Assembly (NCBI GenBank): GCA_000004695.1
Contig: CM000150.2
Coordinates: 4,640,001-4,704,000, forward strand
Reading direction: 5' to 3'
From: Dictyostelium discoideum
Lineage: Eukaryota
DNA: 64,000 bases
In this document: positions 28,925 to 43,460 of the stretch, one piece after another
Layout: each line of letters opens with the position of its first letter
How positions within the stretch are numbered: the first letter of the stretch is position 1
Notes under the pieces: generated by a model
Database searches by the model: none
Seen by the model: the letters and a program-made list of their open reading frames with translations, nothing else
What the model was told of the DNA's origin: nothing
Program-made: the position numbers and the translations under genes

Positions 28925-29709
28925 AGACCACAATCAAAAGATTTGTTGTTCTACTTTGCCAAATGATGTTTTTTTTTATTTTTATTTTATTTTTTTTTTT
29001 TAGAAATTTTGACTTTAATAAAGATTAAAAAAAAAAAAAAAATTGCAAAGATACTGTTGTAAATACTGCTACCCAAAAAATTCGTTTTTTTTTTTTTACT
29101 TTTAAAATTTTATTCCCATTTGCTGAAACCTTTTGGTTTTAAACGAAAGACACAACGAGATCAACACAATCACGGTTTTTATTTTTACTCTAATTTTTAT
29201 TTTTATTTTTTTTTATTTTCATTTTTTTTTTTTTTTTTTTATCGTCTGGGATGATTGGGCGAATTTTTATTTTTAACTACAACACGAGAAATTTTTTTTT
29301 TTTTTTTAAATAATTTCAAGGAAGTGGTGGAAAATTAAATTTGATTGGGTCATTTTTTATTCTATTTTTAAAATTTTTAATCACACCATTAATTAAATTT
29401 TAAATTAATTAATTAATTAAAAAACCGTTTACCCAGGTAATTTTTACTAATTTCTGTTTTTGCACAAAACACAGAAAAAAACGTCAAAACATAAATTTTA
29501 GAAACAACTTGTTGACGTTTTTAATATTAAATTTTTTAACTGAAAAAAAAAAAGTGTTATAATTCCATTTTAATAGCATTCATTGTATTGATTATTATAA
29601 TAAGGGAATCAATCACCAAAAAATATCCAAAAAATAAAAAAAAATAAATAAAAAAAAATAAAAAAAAAAAATTAAATCCTAAAATTGTGGCGATTGTTTT
29701 ATTTTTTTT

Positions 29710-29758
<49 letters not shown>

Positions 29759-30321
29759 GATGATGGGCAATCGTGAGAAGAATCTAAAAAAAAACTTTTT
29801 TCCCACCCAATAAAAATCTTTTTATCGTTTTTGTGAACCAATGAGCTATCAGTTTTTTACTTGAAAATGGATTTTTTTTTTCTTTTTTTTTTAATTTTGA
29901 GTTATTTTTTCAGTCGAATCATTTGATGATTTTTTTTTTTCACTTTTTTTTTTTTTTTTCAATTTTGATTAAAAATCAAAAATCAATTATCATAATCCAT
30001 TTTTTATTAAATTATTATAATTTTATTAAATTTTTTTTTGTTTGTCCCAATATCAAAAAAAAAAAAAAAATTAAAAAATAAAAAATAAAAAATAAAATTA
30101 AATATTGGTAATAACACCTTAAACACAATAATTTGTAAAATAAAATAAAAGATAAATAAATAAAATTTTAAATAAATAAAAAAATAAATAATTAAATTAT
30201 TAAATAAATAAAATAAAATAAAATAAAATAAAATAAATTAAAATAAAATAAAATAAAATAAAATAAAATAAAAACAAAAATAAATAAAATATATAAATTT
30301 AATAAAATAAAATAAATAAAA

Positions 30322-30514
30322 ATGCAAACCTATAAAGTAGTTGTTTTGGGCGCAAGTGGTACTGGTAAGACTTCATTAACTGTTAGATTTGTCAATGGTG
30401 ATTTCGTTGAGACAGTATGTATAATTAAATAATCCACAATATTATAATTTTTTTTTTTTTTTTTCATTCTTGCTTTCCTAAAAAAAAAAAAAAAAAATAA
30501 AAATAAAAATAAAA

Positions 30515-30595
<81 letters not shown>

Positions 30596-31453
30596 TAATA
30601 ATAATAATAAAATCTAACCGTCATCTTTATAATTTTATTTTTATTTTTATTTTTATTTTTTTTTTTTATTTATTTTTTTAATTTATTTTTTCCTTATTTA
30701 TTTTTTTAGTATGATCCAACAATTGAAGATTTATATAGAAAAGTAATTGAAACTAATAAAGGTGAACATATTATGTTAGAAATTATGGATACATCTGGTA
30801 CAGAAAGATATTTGGCAATGAGAGATTTATATATAAGAAATGCCCAAGCTTTTGTATTGGTTTATTCAATTACATCACGTGTTAGTTTATTAGAACTTGA
30901 AAATATTAAAAATTATATTTGCCAAGTTAAAGATAGACCAATTTCACAAATTCCAATGGTTGTTTTGGGTAATAAATGTGATTTAGAAGATACACGTGTT
31001 GTTTTTCCAGAAGAAGTTGAAGCATTGACTAAAAAGTGGGGTATTGAAGATTTCTTGGAAACATCAGCCAAAATAGATATGAACATCCAAAGTGCCTATG
31101 ATTGTCTAACACTTCAATTAATGTCAAAACAATCATTTTTAAATGGATCATCCAATGGAAAAGATAAAAAAGATAAAAAAGAAAAGAAAACTCATAAAAA
31201 AGATTCTGGCTCCAATAACTCTTCAATTAATAGTAGTAGCTCCTCTTTATCAGTTTCTGGTGGTTCAAATTTAAGTATCAGTAGTAGTTGTAGTTCAAGT
31301 TCATTTTCTAATCTAAGTAACTCTACAAGTTCCACTAGTGTAAACAATTTAAATCAATCACAAACCAATGCTCCAATTAGAACTAAATCTAAAAGATCCT
31401 TAAAATCTGCCAAGGTTGACAAAAATCCAAAAGGAAAATGTTTAATCATGTAA
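30322..31453 (+). CDS. Ras-superfamily small GTPase (Rap-like, Thr at the Q61 position) with a long Ser-rich C-terminal extension and a CAAX box (CLIM). Two exons: 30322..30414 and 30710..31453.
   Basis: Exon 1 encodes [31 protein letters not shown] (the P-loop GxxxxGKT) and ends at a GTATGT donor (30415). Exon 2 encodes [60 protein letters not shown]...VVLGNKCDL...ETSAK... followed by a 100-aa S/N-rich tail ending KGKCLIM*. G1-G5 are all present. DTSGTE replaces DTAGQE, as in Rap proteins. The length (about 279 aa) and tail are reminiscent of Dictyostelium RapC, but this is not verified. Confidence 0.85.
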
Positions 31454-31954
31454 ATAGTTTAAACCCAAAAAAAAAAAAACACAAAAAAACCACAAATCAA
31501 ATTATTTAATTTCTCGTCTCTTCCTGTATTTTACTCTTTATCCGTTGTAAAAAAAAAAATAACCAAAGTAGAACTTCATACGCCATCCCATTCAAACATC
31601 ATTGCCAAGTGTTGGGTAAACTCAGAGGGAAATCATTTGATCTTTAATATATCAAAAAAAAAAAAAAAGAATTCAAATGATTAATGGTACCTTCTTTAGA
31701 AACCAAATCTCGGATTATTCCTTTACATCATATATATTATTGTATTGGATTTAATTTATAATTATTTATATTTATTTATTAATTTGGAATTTCCAAAAAA
31801 AAAAAAAAAAAAAAAAAAATTAAATTTAATTATATATAATAATTAAATTTATATTTAAAATTTATAAAAATACAAAAATAAATAATTTTTTATAGTATTG
31901 TTAAAAGAATAAAGTTTTAAAATTTGGTTTTTTATTTATTTTTGTTTTTAATTA

Positions 31955-33019
31955 TTAATAAAATAATATTAATCTTTCAGGTTCACAATTATTATAAAAT
32001 TCTTTTGATATACAAGTGTATGAATTTGTTAATTGATAACAGTAATAATGAGGTGGGCAAGAATCATGACTACATTTTGCAAGGTCAATAGGTGGTATTG
32101 TTCCAGTGGAACCTGTTGTTGGGGTTGTTGTTGTTCCTGTTGCTCCTGATGTCGAAATTGATGTTGAAATTGTTGGTATTCCCGTTGTTGAAGTTGATGA
32201 AGCAGTGGTTAATATACCAGTTGTTGAGGTTGTTGAAGCAGTGGTTAATAAACCAGTTGTTGAAGTTGTTGAAGTTATGAAACCAGTTGTAGTAACAATG
32301 CCAATCGTTGAAGCTGTTACACCAGTGGTAGTTACAAAACCAATTGTTGAAATTGATAAATCAGTTGTTGATACAGGACCAATTGTAGATATAGAAATGC
32401 CAGTGGTTGTAACTATACCAGTGGTTGAAATATCAACAGAGCTTGAATCAACTTCACAAACTGAACATTGACCATCAAAACATACAGATGTTGGACAATC
32501 TGGTTCTAAATTTGCACAATCAATTGGAATTGTTAAACAAAGATCACCAGAACAATACTTTGGATAACATAAATCTTCAGTGAAACAAGTTGTAGAGTTA
32601 CATTGACAATTTGGAATCATTTCATGTGAACAACCTAATAAATCATCACAGGTGTCAATAGTACATGCATTAAGGTCATCACAAATTGTTTTATTTTCAA
32701 TTGTACAACCAAAACCTTCTAAACAAACTGGTACTGTACAAAAAGTTTCACTACCCGGACAAATTCTTGGTATATCTCTAACACAATTACCACAAATTTC
32801 TTTTGGTTCAACACATTGTGTTGGGTCATCAACACATGGAGCACTTAAATCTAAACCATTACAAACGCCACCATCATCAACCCAACTACAAAAGAAATTA
32901 CCTGATGCCATTATTGTTAATGGTGTTGATTCTGGATCAACATCAATTGATCTAACACATGAATAAAGATCAATGGGATAAACATAATTCTAATATTTGA
33001 ATTGATTTTAATTTTAGTA

Positions 33020-33052
<33 letters not shown>

Positions 33053-33828
33053 TTTTTAAAACTTACTTCATCATTGTAAACAACACCATCAATTGTATTT
33101 GGATAGAAATTAACTGAGCCTGAAAATCCATTTGATTGACCAGCTTGATCAGCTATTAAAGTATTATTGAAGAAAACCCAAATTTCACCCATAATTGAAA
33201 AACGGAAAAAGTCATTATATTCATCGAGTGGAATATATGAGAGATGAAGCTCAAAACAATGATACTGATTGAATCGATCACTTGCATACTCAGGGAATAG
33301 ATTAGGGTCACCAAATCCAACACCATCAGTTGGTGCAAATGGTCCACCACCACCTATTATATTAAAATTATCCCAAAGATCTAGATCTAATTGATAACTT
33401 AAAAAATAATTTGAACAAAGATCATCACTATTGAACCATTTATTAAAGGATTGTTCATCATTTACAATTAAAACTCCTTGATCATCAACGACAGGATTTT
33501 CGCCACAACAATATTTTGGTCTTTTATCATCTCCCAAGGTTGGTTGCATAATACCAGTTACAAGATCATCACTTAATCGGATTCCAAAATCTGGATTACG
33601 ATCAGGTTTAAAATTTCTTATTATTAATTGTTGAGGTATTGGTCTTAATCTACCATCATCATCACTAGATTGACCTATAAAATTATTTTTTTTATTAAAA
33701 AAAAATTATTATAAAAATTAATAAACTTTGTTAGTTTTTTATATTTTTATATTTTTATTTTTTTATTTATTTTTACCAAAAACATAGTTTATTAAAATAA
33801 TAATAAATATTAATATTATTAATTTCAT
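31955..33828 (-). CDS. Secreted PA14-domain protein with Dicty_CTDC cysteine repeats and a Thr/Ser-rich mucin-like region (psi-factor / PsiA-family-like). Three exons: 33828..33777, 33674..33067, 32989..31955.
   Basis: Exon 1 encodes MKLIILIFIIILINYVF (a signal peptide) and ends at a GTAAAA donor in phase 1. Exon 2 encodes GQSSDDDGRLRPIPQQLIIRNFKPDRNPDFGIRLSDDLVTGIMQPTLGDDKRPKYCCGENP...YHCFELHLSYIPLDEYNDFFRFSIMGEIWVFFNNTLIADQAGQSNGFSGSVNFYPNTIDGVVYNDE. This shows the PA14-like pattern (Y.F....DD...v.id..lvid.gG) and ends at a GTAAGT donor (33066..33061). Exon 3 encodes C-rich repeats (CDDLNACTIDTCDDLLGC), then (TTTG/ISTIG)n Thr-rich repeats, then a C-terminal Cys cluster. Phases are consistent. 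Confidence 0.75.
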
Positions 33829-34129
33829 ATTATTGATTTGGGAGTATATTGAATGATCCTAATATTTTTTAATTTTTTACTATTTTATATTCAAAAAAAT
33901 AAATCAACAAAAAAAAAAAAAATATTAATAAATAAATAAAAAAAAAAAAAAGTAATAAAATTGTATGTTTACAAATTAAAAAAATAACCACACTTTGAAA
34001 AAAAAATATATAAAATGTGGGAGGTGTGGTAAATAATTATTTTACAAATAGAAACATCATTTCCATTCTACAAAAATTTAATTTTATTATCCAAAGCCAT
34101 TGCAATATTTATTAATATTATAAATCTTT

Positions 34130-34714
34130 TTAATAGTTATCAAACTCTTCTATTAAAGAAATAATTTTTGATAAAATTTTATAATTATTAATATTAATAT
34201 TAATATTATTATTATTATAATTATTTTTAATAATTGAATTAATTATGGTTAGTTGATCTTCATCATCTAAAAATAAAAATTGGAATAGTAGATCACCATC
34301 CAACATATTCTTTGAGAAAGATAATTCAGACCTATAGAGTTGATGATCATTATTTAACAATGGTCTAGTATTATTTGATTTTTTTAAAATTTGTTGAATA
34401 TTATTAAGTATACGATATTCCCTTTTACTTAATTTACCAAACACAATTACACTTCCTAATAATGAACAAGTTATAATTTTATTTTTATTTGATAGTGGTG
34501 ATTTTAATTGATATAATTTCATACATGTTTCTTTTAAACTAAATTGTACTACAGGATCAAGAATAACTGGCATAAAATTATTTACAATCGGTGGTACAAT
34601 ATCTTCACCATCTTGTTGCTGTTGTTGTTGTTGTTGTAATGGTAATAATTTATGTTTTTGGTTCAAGTTTAAAATTTTAAAATTACCATACTTATCAACA
34701 GTTGCAATTAAATT

Positions 34715-34745
<31 letters not shown>

Positions 34746-35335
34746 TCAAAAGATAAAAATAAAGCATCTGTTATATATTTTGATTTATCAGAAGCAATTA
34801 CATTGAAAATATCATTTTCATCTTGTTCTTCCATTTCTTCCATTTCTTCATTATTGTTATTATTATTATTATTTATAGTCCAACTATAAATATCAGAACC
34901 ATTTAATTCAGTAGCTAAAAATATTTTATTTGTTGATTGATTAAATTTTGAAATTGTTATTGGATGAGGTGTTAAGATTTGAGAGTTTTGAGTGTCTTCT
35001 AAATTAATTTGTCTACCACTATTGTAATCAATTAATAGATTACCACCAGTTGTAAAAACCATATATTTTTCATTTGAAATTAGTAATACTGATGAGATTT
35101 GATCTGGAATTAATTTGGTTTTTTCTAATGTTAATGAAACATCTTCACTACCACCACTACTACTACTACCACTACCACCATTACCATTTAATTGAACAGA
35201 ATAAAATAAAATTGTACTTTGATTAATAAAATCAGTACCATAAACTATAATTAAATTCTTTTGTGACCAATATTTAATTGAATGTCCAAATTTAATATTT
35301 AAATTATTTTTTGTTGAATAAATTTCTTTATAAAA

Positions 35336-35378
<43 letters not shown>

Positions 35379-37672
35379 GATTCTGAAGCAGAAGTTAATA
35401 ACCAAATATTTGTATCACCTAATACAACGATAATATTATACTTTTCAATGAATAATATTCTATTTGGATTTTGTTTACTTCTACTATTATTATTGTTGTT
35501 ATTATTATTATTTGTGATTGAATTATCAATTTTTCTAATACTAATTCTTTTTGAGAAATCAATTGAAACTAAAGAGAAACCAAGATCAGGATTAATAAAT
35601 ATAAATTCTAATTTTGAACTACCATTTATAATATCAAGTGATGATTGTAATTCTAATTGAATTTGTTGTTCTGATTGTAATTGTAATTGTGGTTGTGGTT
35701 GTGATTGTGATTGTGAGTCACTTGAATTTAAAGATTGAGAATTTGGTATTGAATGAAAAGGTATTCTATTAAATAAAGAAGCACCACTAACCATTTGATC
35801 ATCTTTATAAGAGATTTTAATCATTGTTAAATGATTTTTTATACTTGTTAAATAGTATGGTAAATTAGTTAAAATGATTGCACCATGATTCATCACTGGT
35901 ATAATTGAAATTGGTGAATTTGAAATAGTCTTTGAATATAAATTACTAGAGAATTCAATCACTTTCTTCTTTTGGTGATGATGATGATCATCATCATGAT
36001 CATCATCATGATCATCATCATTATTTAATTTTAAATTAAAATTTAAATCCCATTTTAAAAGTTTACCATCTCTTAAACCACATAATAATTTAAATTTAAT
36101 TTTATTATCATTTTTTGATTGTTGTTGTAATGGTTGTTGATTTAAAATACTTAATAAAATTGAATGTGGTATTGCACTTAATTCAGTTCCAACTTGTTCT
36201 TCTCCTTCTTGTTGTTGATTAATTTTACTTGATGATGATGATGATGATGATAATGAAAATAATAATTTATTTAATTTAAAATCTAATAATATTATATCCA
36301 TTGAATAATTACCAATACAACATGTATTGAATAAATGATCATTATCAAAATCTATTACTTTACTATGATCAAAATGTGGTAATGATATACAAGAGATTTC
36401 ATAATCCAATGATATATCATTGATTGGTGTGAATTTGAAATTTGATGAATCATAATCATTATCTTGAATTGTGAATGATAATAATTTATTTGGTTTTGAA
36501 ATTGAAACTAATAATAGATTATCTCTTGAACATGAGTTAGTGATAACACTACCCTCCATTGTATTCCATCTAATGGTATTCTTTGTAACATTATATTTAC
36601 AATTATATAATATTATTGATTTTGGTGTCACTTGTAAAAATGTACCATTTGAAGTTCTACAACAATAGATTGTTGGTTGATTGGTTAAGAAATTTAAATT
36701 ATCAGGTTCACCACTACCACCACCACCACCACTACCACCACCACCATCAACTTGTGAAATTAAAGTTGACTCAACTAAACCAATTATAATGTATGGATTA
36801 AAACACCAAACATTTGTTGGAATACCATTTAATTTATTATCACCTAGAATATTTGTTGGTATTGAATTTTCAATGACTTTGACAGAACCAAAACTATTTG
36901 AACCACCACAAACACTATAAATCTTTGTTGAAAACTTTTGTTTATGAACATCGAAATCAATTATACCACCATGATTATCAAATGTTTCTATCATTTCCAC
37001 TGATTGATTATTACTTTTAAAATCAAATTTAAATATACCACCATCTGATAAATCACCAAGTATAAAGAAATAATCATCTTTTAAATTTATAATTGATTGA
37101 ATTGGATTAAATTTAAAATCGAATCTTTTTGCAAATTCATTTGATGATGATGATGATGATGAAGAATTACCACCACTACCATTACTAAATTTGATAATTT
37201 CAGAATATTTGAAATTAACATTATAAATTGAACCTCTTTCATTACCAATAATTAAATTAATATTGGATTCTGATGATAAATACCAACTCCAACCAGTAAA
37301 TAATTGATTATTACCTAATACTTTATAACCATCTTCATCATAAACATCATCATCACAAACATCATCATCATCATCATCACCGTCATCATCATGGTCTATA
37401 ATTTGTTCCTTTCCAACATTTACAATTTTTAAAATTTCAAAATTTGAATTTGAAAGTATAATTTGATTTGAATCATTTGAAAATAAAAGGAAATAATGAT
37501 GAAAATTAAAATTTGAAAGTTGATCATCCAATTTATTTGGTAATGTTATTATTTCATAATTAAATGTTGAATTAATTATTGATGATGGTATAATAATCTT
37601 TTCAATTTTATGTGTTGAAAAATTAAATTTATATTTTGTTAAAATCGTTGATATCGTTGTATTTGTATATGC

Positions 37673-37747
<75 letters not shown>

Positions 37748-38038
37748 ATTATTAATATTATAATTATAATTATAATAATTTTTATGATTTTTATCAATTT
37801 TACTAACTACAATTATATATAAATGATCACAAGTTGAATAATATAAATCCTCTTTATCATATGTAAAATTGAATGAATAAACATCACCAATTACATCAAT
37901 TTCAATTTGTTTTGAAATTATTGAAAATGGATCATTAATATCACCGTCATCATTACTATTTACTAAAAATATTGATAATTTCTTTTTTAATGCACATACA
38001 CCTATAACTCTATTACTAAAATAAATAAATTAATATAA

Positions 38039-38070
<32 letters not shown>

Positions 38071-38854
38071 GATTGTAATATATGTATTATACATACCATG
38101 GTGAAATTTGAATTTTTTCACCTAAATATTTAAAACTATAACCTGGTGGTGATATTTTAAAGTGTTGAACAAATAAAAATTGTTTTTTTAAATTTGACCA
38201 TGATAAAACTGATAAATAACCAGAATCTGATGTTAAGATTAAAAAATCTTTTTTTTTAAAATTTTTATCAAAATATTTTAATTCTTCTGCATTTCTTTTA
38301 AGATTATGTTGTGATTGTGATTGTGATTGTAGTTGTGATTGTGATTGTGGTTGTGGTTGTGGTTGTGGTTGTTGGTATGAATTAGTATTATATGAATAAA
38401 ATTGTGATAAATTTTGTGATGATGATGATTGTTGTGAATCTGATAATGAATTTGATTGTTGTTGTTGTTGCTTTTGTTGCTGCTTTTGTTGTTGATTCAA
38501 TTTTAAATAATTTGTAATTGAATTTAAAGGTAATGTTAAAACTTTAATATCTTTTACAATTGAGAATATAGGTTGATGATTAATAGATTCTAATGATTGA
38601 GAAGATGTAAAATATTCTAATATCTCTAAACAGTTATCTTTAATGAAAACCAATTCCCTTTGTTTCAATTCTTCATTATCATTTATTGAATTCCTAAAAT
38701 TACCACCTACACAATGTGTGATTATACTTGGATTTGAAACTGTCTTTGAATAGAAAAAAACATCTTCCACTTCTTCTTCTTCTTCTTCTTCTTCTTCCTC
38801 TTCCTCTTCTTTTCCCATTAAGATTGATGAAAATATATCATAGTCATTTTTCAT
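34130..38854 (-). CDS. CPSF160 / DDB1 / SF3b3-family beta-propeller protein, about 1550 aa, with large N/Q/S/G low-complexity insertions. The best guess is the CPSF1 ortholog. Two exons: 38854..38097 and 38015..34130.
   Basis: Exon 1 encodes MKNDYDIFSSILMGKEEEE...VFFYSKTVSNPSIITHCVGGNFRNSINDNEELKQRELVFIKDNCLEILEY. This is the family N-terminal pattern (tA..G.vTGHF......lvv.k...LEiy). It ends at a GTATGT donor (38096..38091) in phase 2. The acceptor tttattttAG sits at 38017-38016. Exon 2 encodes CNRVIGVCALKKKLSIFLVNSNDDGDINDPF..., then poly-N from (AAT)n, then the ORF 34130..37531. The C-terminus, NMLDGDLLFQFLFLDDEDQLTII, matches the family C-terminal motif (vDGdL...fL.L...e...l; CPSF1 has [22 protein letters not shown]). 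The ORF-track start at 37531 is a TTG, not ATG, which supports the upstream exon. Confidence 0.7.
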
Positions 38855-39817
38855 CTCGTTTTCTTTTTTTTTTTTTTAAAAGGTTGGTTTTCTATAGTAA
38901 CCCTGTTTTTTTTTTTTTTTAGTTTTTTAGTTTTTTAGTTTTTTAATTAATTAAAAAATGAATTTAAAAAAAAAAAAAAAATAATGACGAAAATGTGAAT
39001 TTAAAAAAAAAAAAAAAATAATTTCAGGGGGAAAATTTTTTTTTTTTATTTTATTTTTATTTTATTTTATTTTTTATTTTTTTTTTTTTTAACAATGATT
39101 TAATTTTTAATATTAATTTAGTATAAAAAAAAGAACACTCCCAAAGATACCCCAATGATATAAAAATATAAATAAAAATGAATGTAATCATTTTTTTTTT
39201 TTTTTTAAAATTTTTATAAATAAGATTTTCTTTTTTTTTTTTTTTTTTTTTTTTTTCATTTCTGAATAAATATATTATTAATTATTTATTAATAAAATTT
39301 TTTTTTATTTTTTTTAATCTAAAAATAAAAATTTAATTTTAGGGCTTTTATTATAATAAAATAATACCCTTTTACCATTTTCTTATTTTGGATATTTCCA
39401 GATTTGGCAATTTTCTTTTAGGTTTTTAGATTTTACTTAAAATAGTAAAAATTTCTTTTTTCTTTATTTCAAATAATTTAAAATTGAAAAATGGTCGAGT
39501 ATAAATAGAGTAAACTTTGAAAAAAAAAAAAAAAAAAAAATAATCATTCAAGCAAATATAAAAAAAAAAAAAAGTAAATCTAACTCTAACAATTAAAAAG
39601 AATTAGATAAAAAGTTGATTGTTTGTTTAAAATAAAATAAAAAAAATGGTAAAGCAATAAAAAAAAAAAAATAATGAAAAAAAAAAAAAAAAAAAAAAAA
39701 TAATTACCATTTTTATTCTACCTTTAATAGTATTATTTTTTTATTTATAAAGTAGTTTTTTTCCCAAATAAAAAGGGTTTACATTCAGTTATAATCTAAA
39801 TAATAATAATAATTTTT

Positions 39818-39978
39818 GAATCAATACCAATCAAATGATAGAGAAAGGAAAGATTTATCTATGCACTTTATCATAAAAAAAAGGTTGATGATCATCATAT
39901 AAATATTTTATTTCTAAAGTAATAAAATGAATCAATACTAATCAAATGTCAGAGAAAGGAAGGATTTATCTATGCACT
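39818..39978 (+). repeat. Two direct copies of a 50-nt GC-richer motif (39818-39867 and 39929-39978, 88% identical, period 111 bp) in the intergenic region upstream of the CPSF160-like gene.
   Basis: Copy 1 is gaatcaataccaatcaaatgatagagaaaggaaagatttatctatgcact and copy 2 is gaatcaatactaatcaaatgtcagagaaaggaaggatttatctatgcact. Neither has coding potential. The motif does not recur elsewhere in the window. Confidence 0.6.
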
Positions 39979-40230
39979 GAGGCATTTTGAAAAGATGATA
40001 TCATTTATAAAAGAAAAAAAAAAAAATTATAAAACAAAAAATTAAAAATAAAATAAAAAAAAAAAGGTTTAAAAAAAATAAATATATATTTATTTTAATT
40101 AATATAAAATAAACTATTTCCTTTTATTCTATTATTAATAAAAAATTCAAATTATACAAATGATTTGTTATTATCATTTTCATAAAATTAAAACTGATCA
40201 ACAATTGTAAGTTGGTCCCTACCATTTTAT

Positions 40231-40274
<44 letters not shown>

Positions 40275-40331
40275 TTGATTGTGGTGATAATATTATTTAA
40301 ATTAAATTATTTATTAGATTTAAATTGATTA

Positions 40332-42412
<2,081 letters not shown>

Positions 42413-42428
42413 TTCTATAATTATTATA

Positions 42429-42463
<35 letters not shown>

Positions 42464-42680
42464 CTATATTATTGTAACTTTAATATATAAAAATATAAAA
42501 TAAATATAATTTGTGTAAATTGTGGAAATTAAAGAAATGAAAAAAAAAAAAAATAATAAAAAAAATTGAAAAAAAAAAAAAGTGAAAACTTGAAAAAAAA
42601 AAAAAAATTAAATAAATTAATTTTTTTGTATTTCTATATTTAGATTCATAGGATTCTGAGATAAGATGGGTGTCAAGATA

Positions 42681-42686
<6 letters not shown>

Positions 42687-42725
<39 letters not shown>

Positions 42726-43415
42726 TGAATTTTTCCAGATATCCAGAAAACTATTTTTATTTTTTTCTTGAAATAAACTGAAATTGTTTTCAAGTTGTAT
42801 TGGTTTCTTATTAAAAACTAATATTACAGAAGATTCTAATCTAAATGTTTTGAAAAATTTTTCATCTGGATTTGTAAAACAATGTGTGTGAGAAATTGGA
42901 GGTTTGGTGATTGATAATGTACCAAAATGATTTGAGATTTTGAATTTGAATTCTGTAATGAAGGTATTGATAAGATCATAAGTTACTTTTTCATTTTCAT
43001 ACATATTTTATGAGAATGTGGTTGTTCCTTCTTTACCATCATCTGATATCTTGATATTTAAATTTGAAGCAGATACAAAAGGAGAAAACAGAAAAACATA
43101 TTTTTGATCAGGGGATACCAATTCTTGAAAACTAAATGACTGACATTCTGGATGTTCCATTGGATAACCAAAATACCCACCACCACCACCATCATCATCA
43201 CTTATTTTTTGTTTTTTATATGGATTAATTTGATTATAATTATTGAATAGTTCACCAGAATAATTATAATTGGAAATGGTTTTTCCTACCTCTTTTACTT
43301 TATCTTTTTCATTTTTTGAATTCACATGTGAAGATAATATTGGTGTGGTGGTGGTGGTGGTAGTGGGATAGTTTGTAAGTTGTGTAAAGTTGTTAATTGA
43401 TTGATTAACTGCCAT
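42687..43415 (-). CDS. Hypothetical protein interrupted by a single in-frame TAA (43010..43008). It is either a very short 51-nt intron (GTAAAG...aaaaAG, phase 1) or a disabled gene.
   Basis: The two ORFs are collinear. The first is MAVNQSINNFTQLTNYPTTTTTTTPILSSH...ISDDGKEGTTTFS*. After a 3-bp gap comes MYENEKVTYDLINTFITEFKFKISNHFGTLSITKPP.... Splicing gatgG|TAAAG...aaaaag|taactt joins ...KISDD(G/V)TYDLINTF... in frame. No homology is recognisable. Confidence 0.45.
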
Positions 43416-43460
43416 AGTCTTGTTTATTTTAAAAATGTTAGCTATAATATTTCCCTTTTT

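Noticed and set aside
28840-29841. ORFs rich in K and F (62 aa on the plus strand, 94 aa on the minus strand)
   Set aside because: They are translations of A-runs and T-runs in intergenic DNA. There are no splice or start context signals and no complexity.
32092-32471. Plus-strand ORFs (poly-L and V/E-rich) opposite the psi-like gene
   Set aside because: They are antisense to the Thr-rich (ACA/ACT)n repeat region, a repeat-frame artefact.
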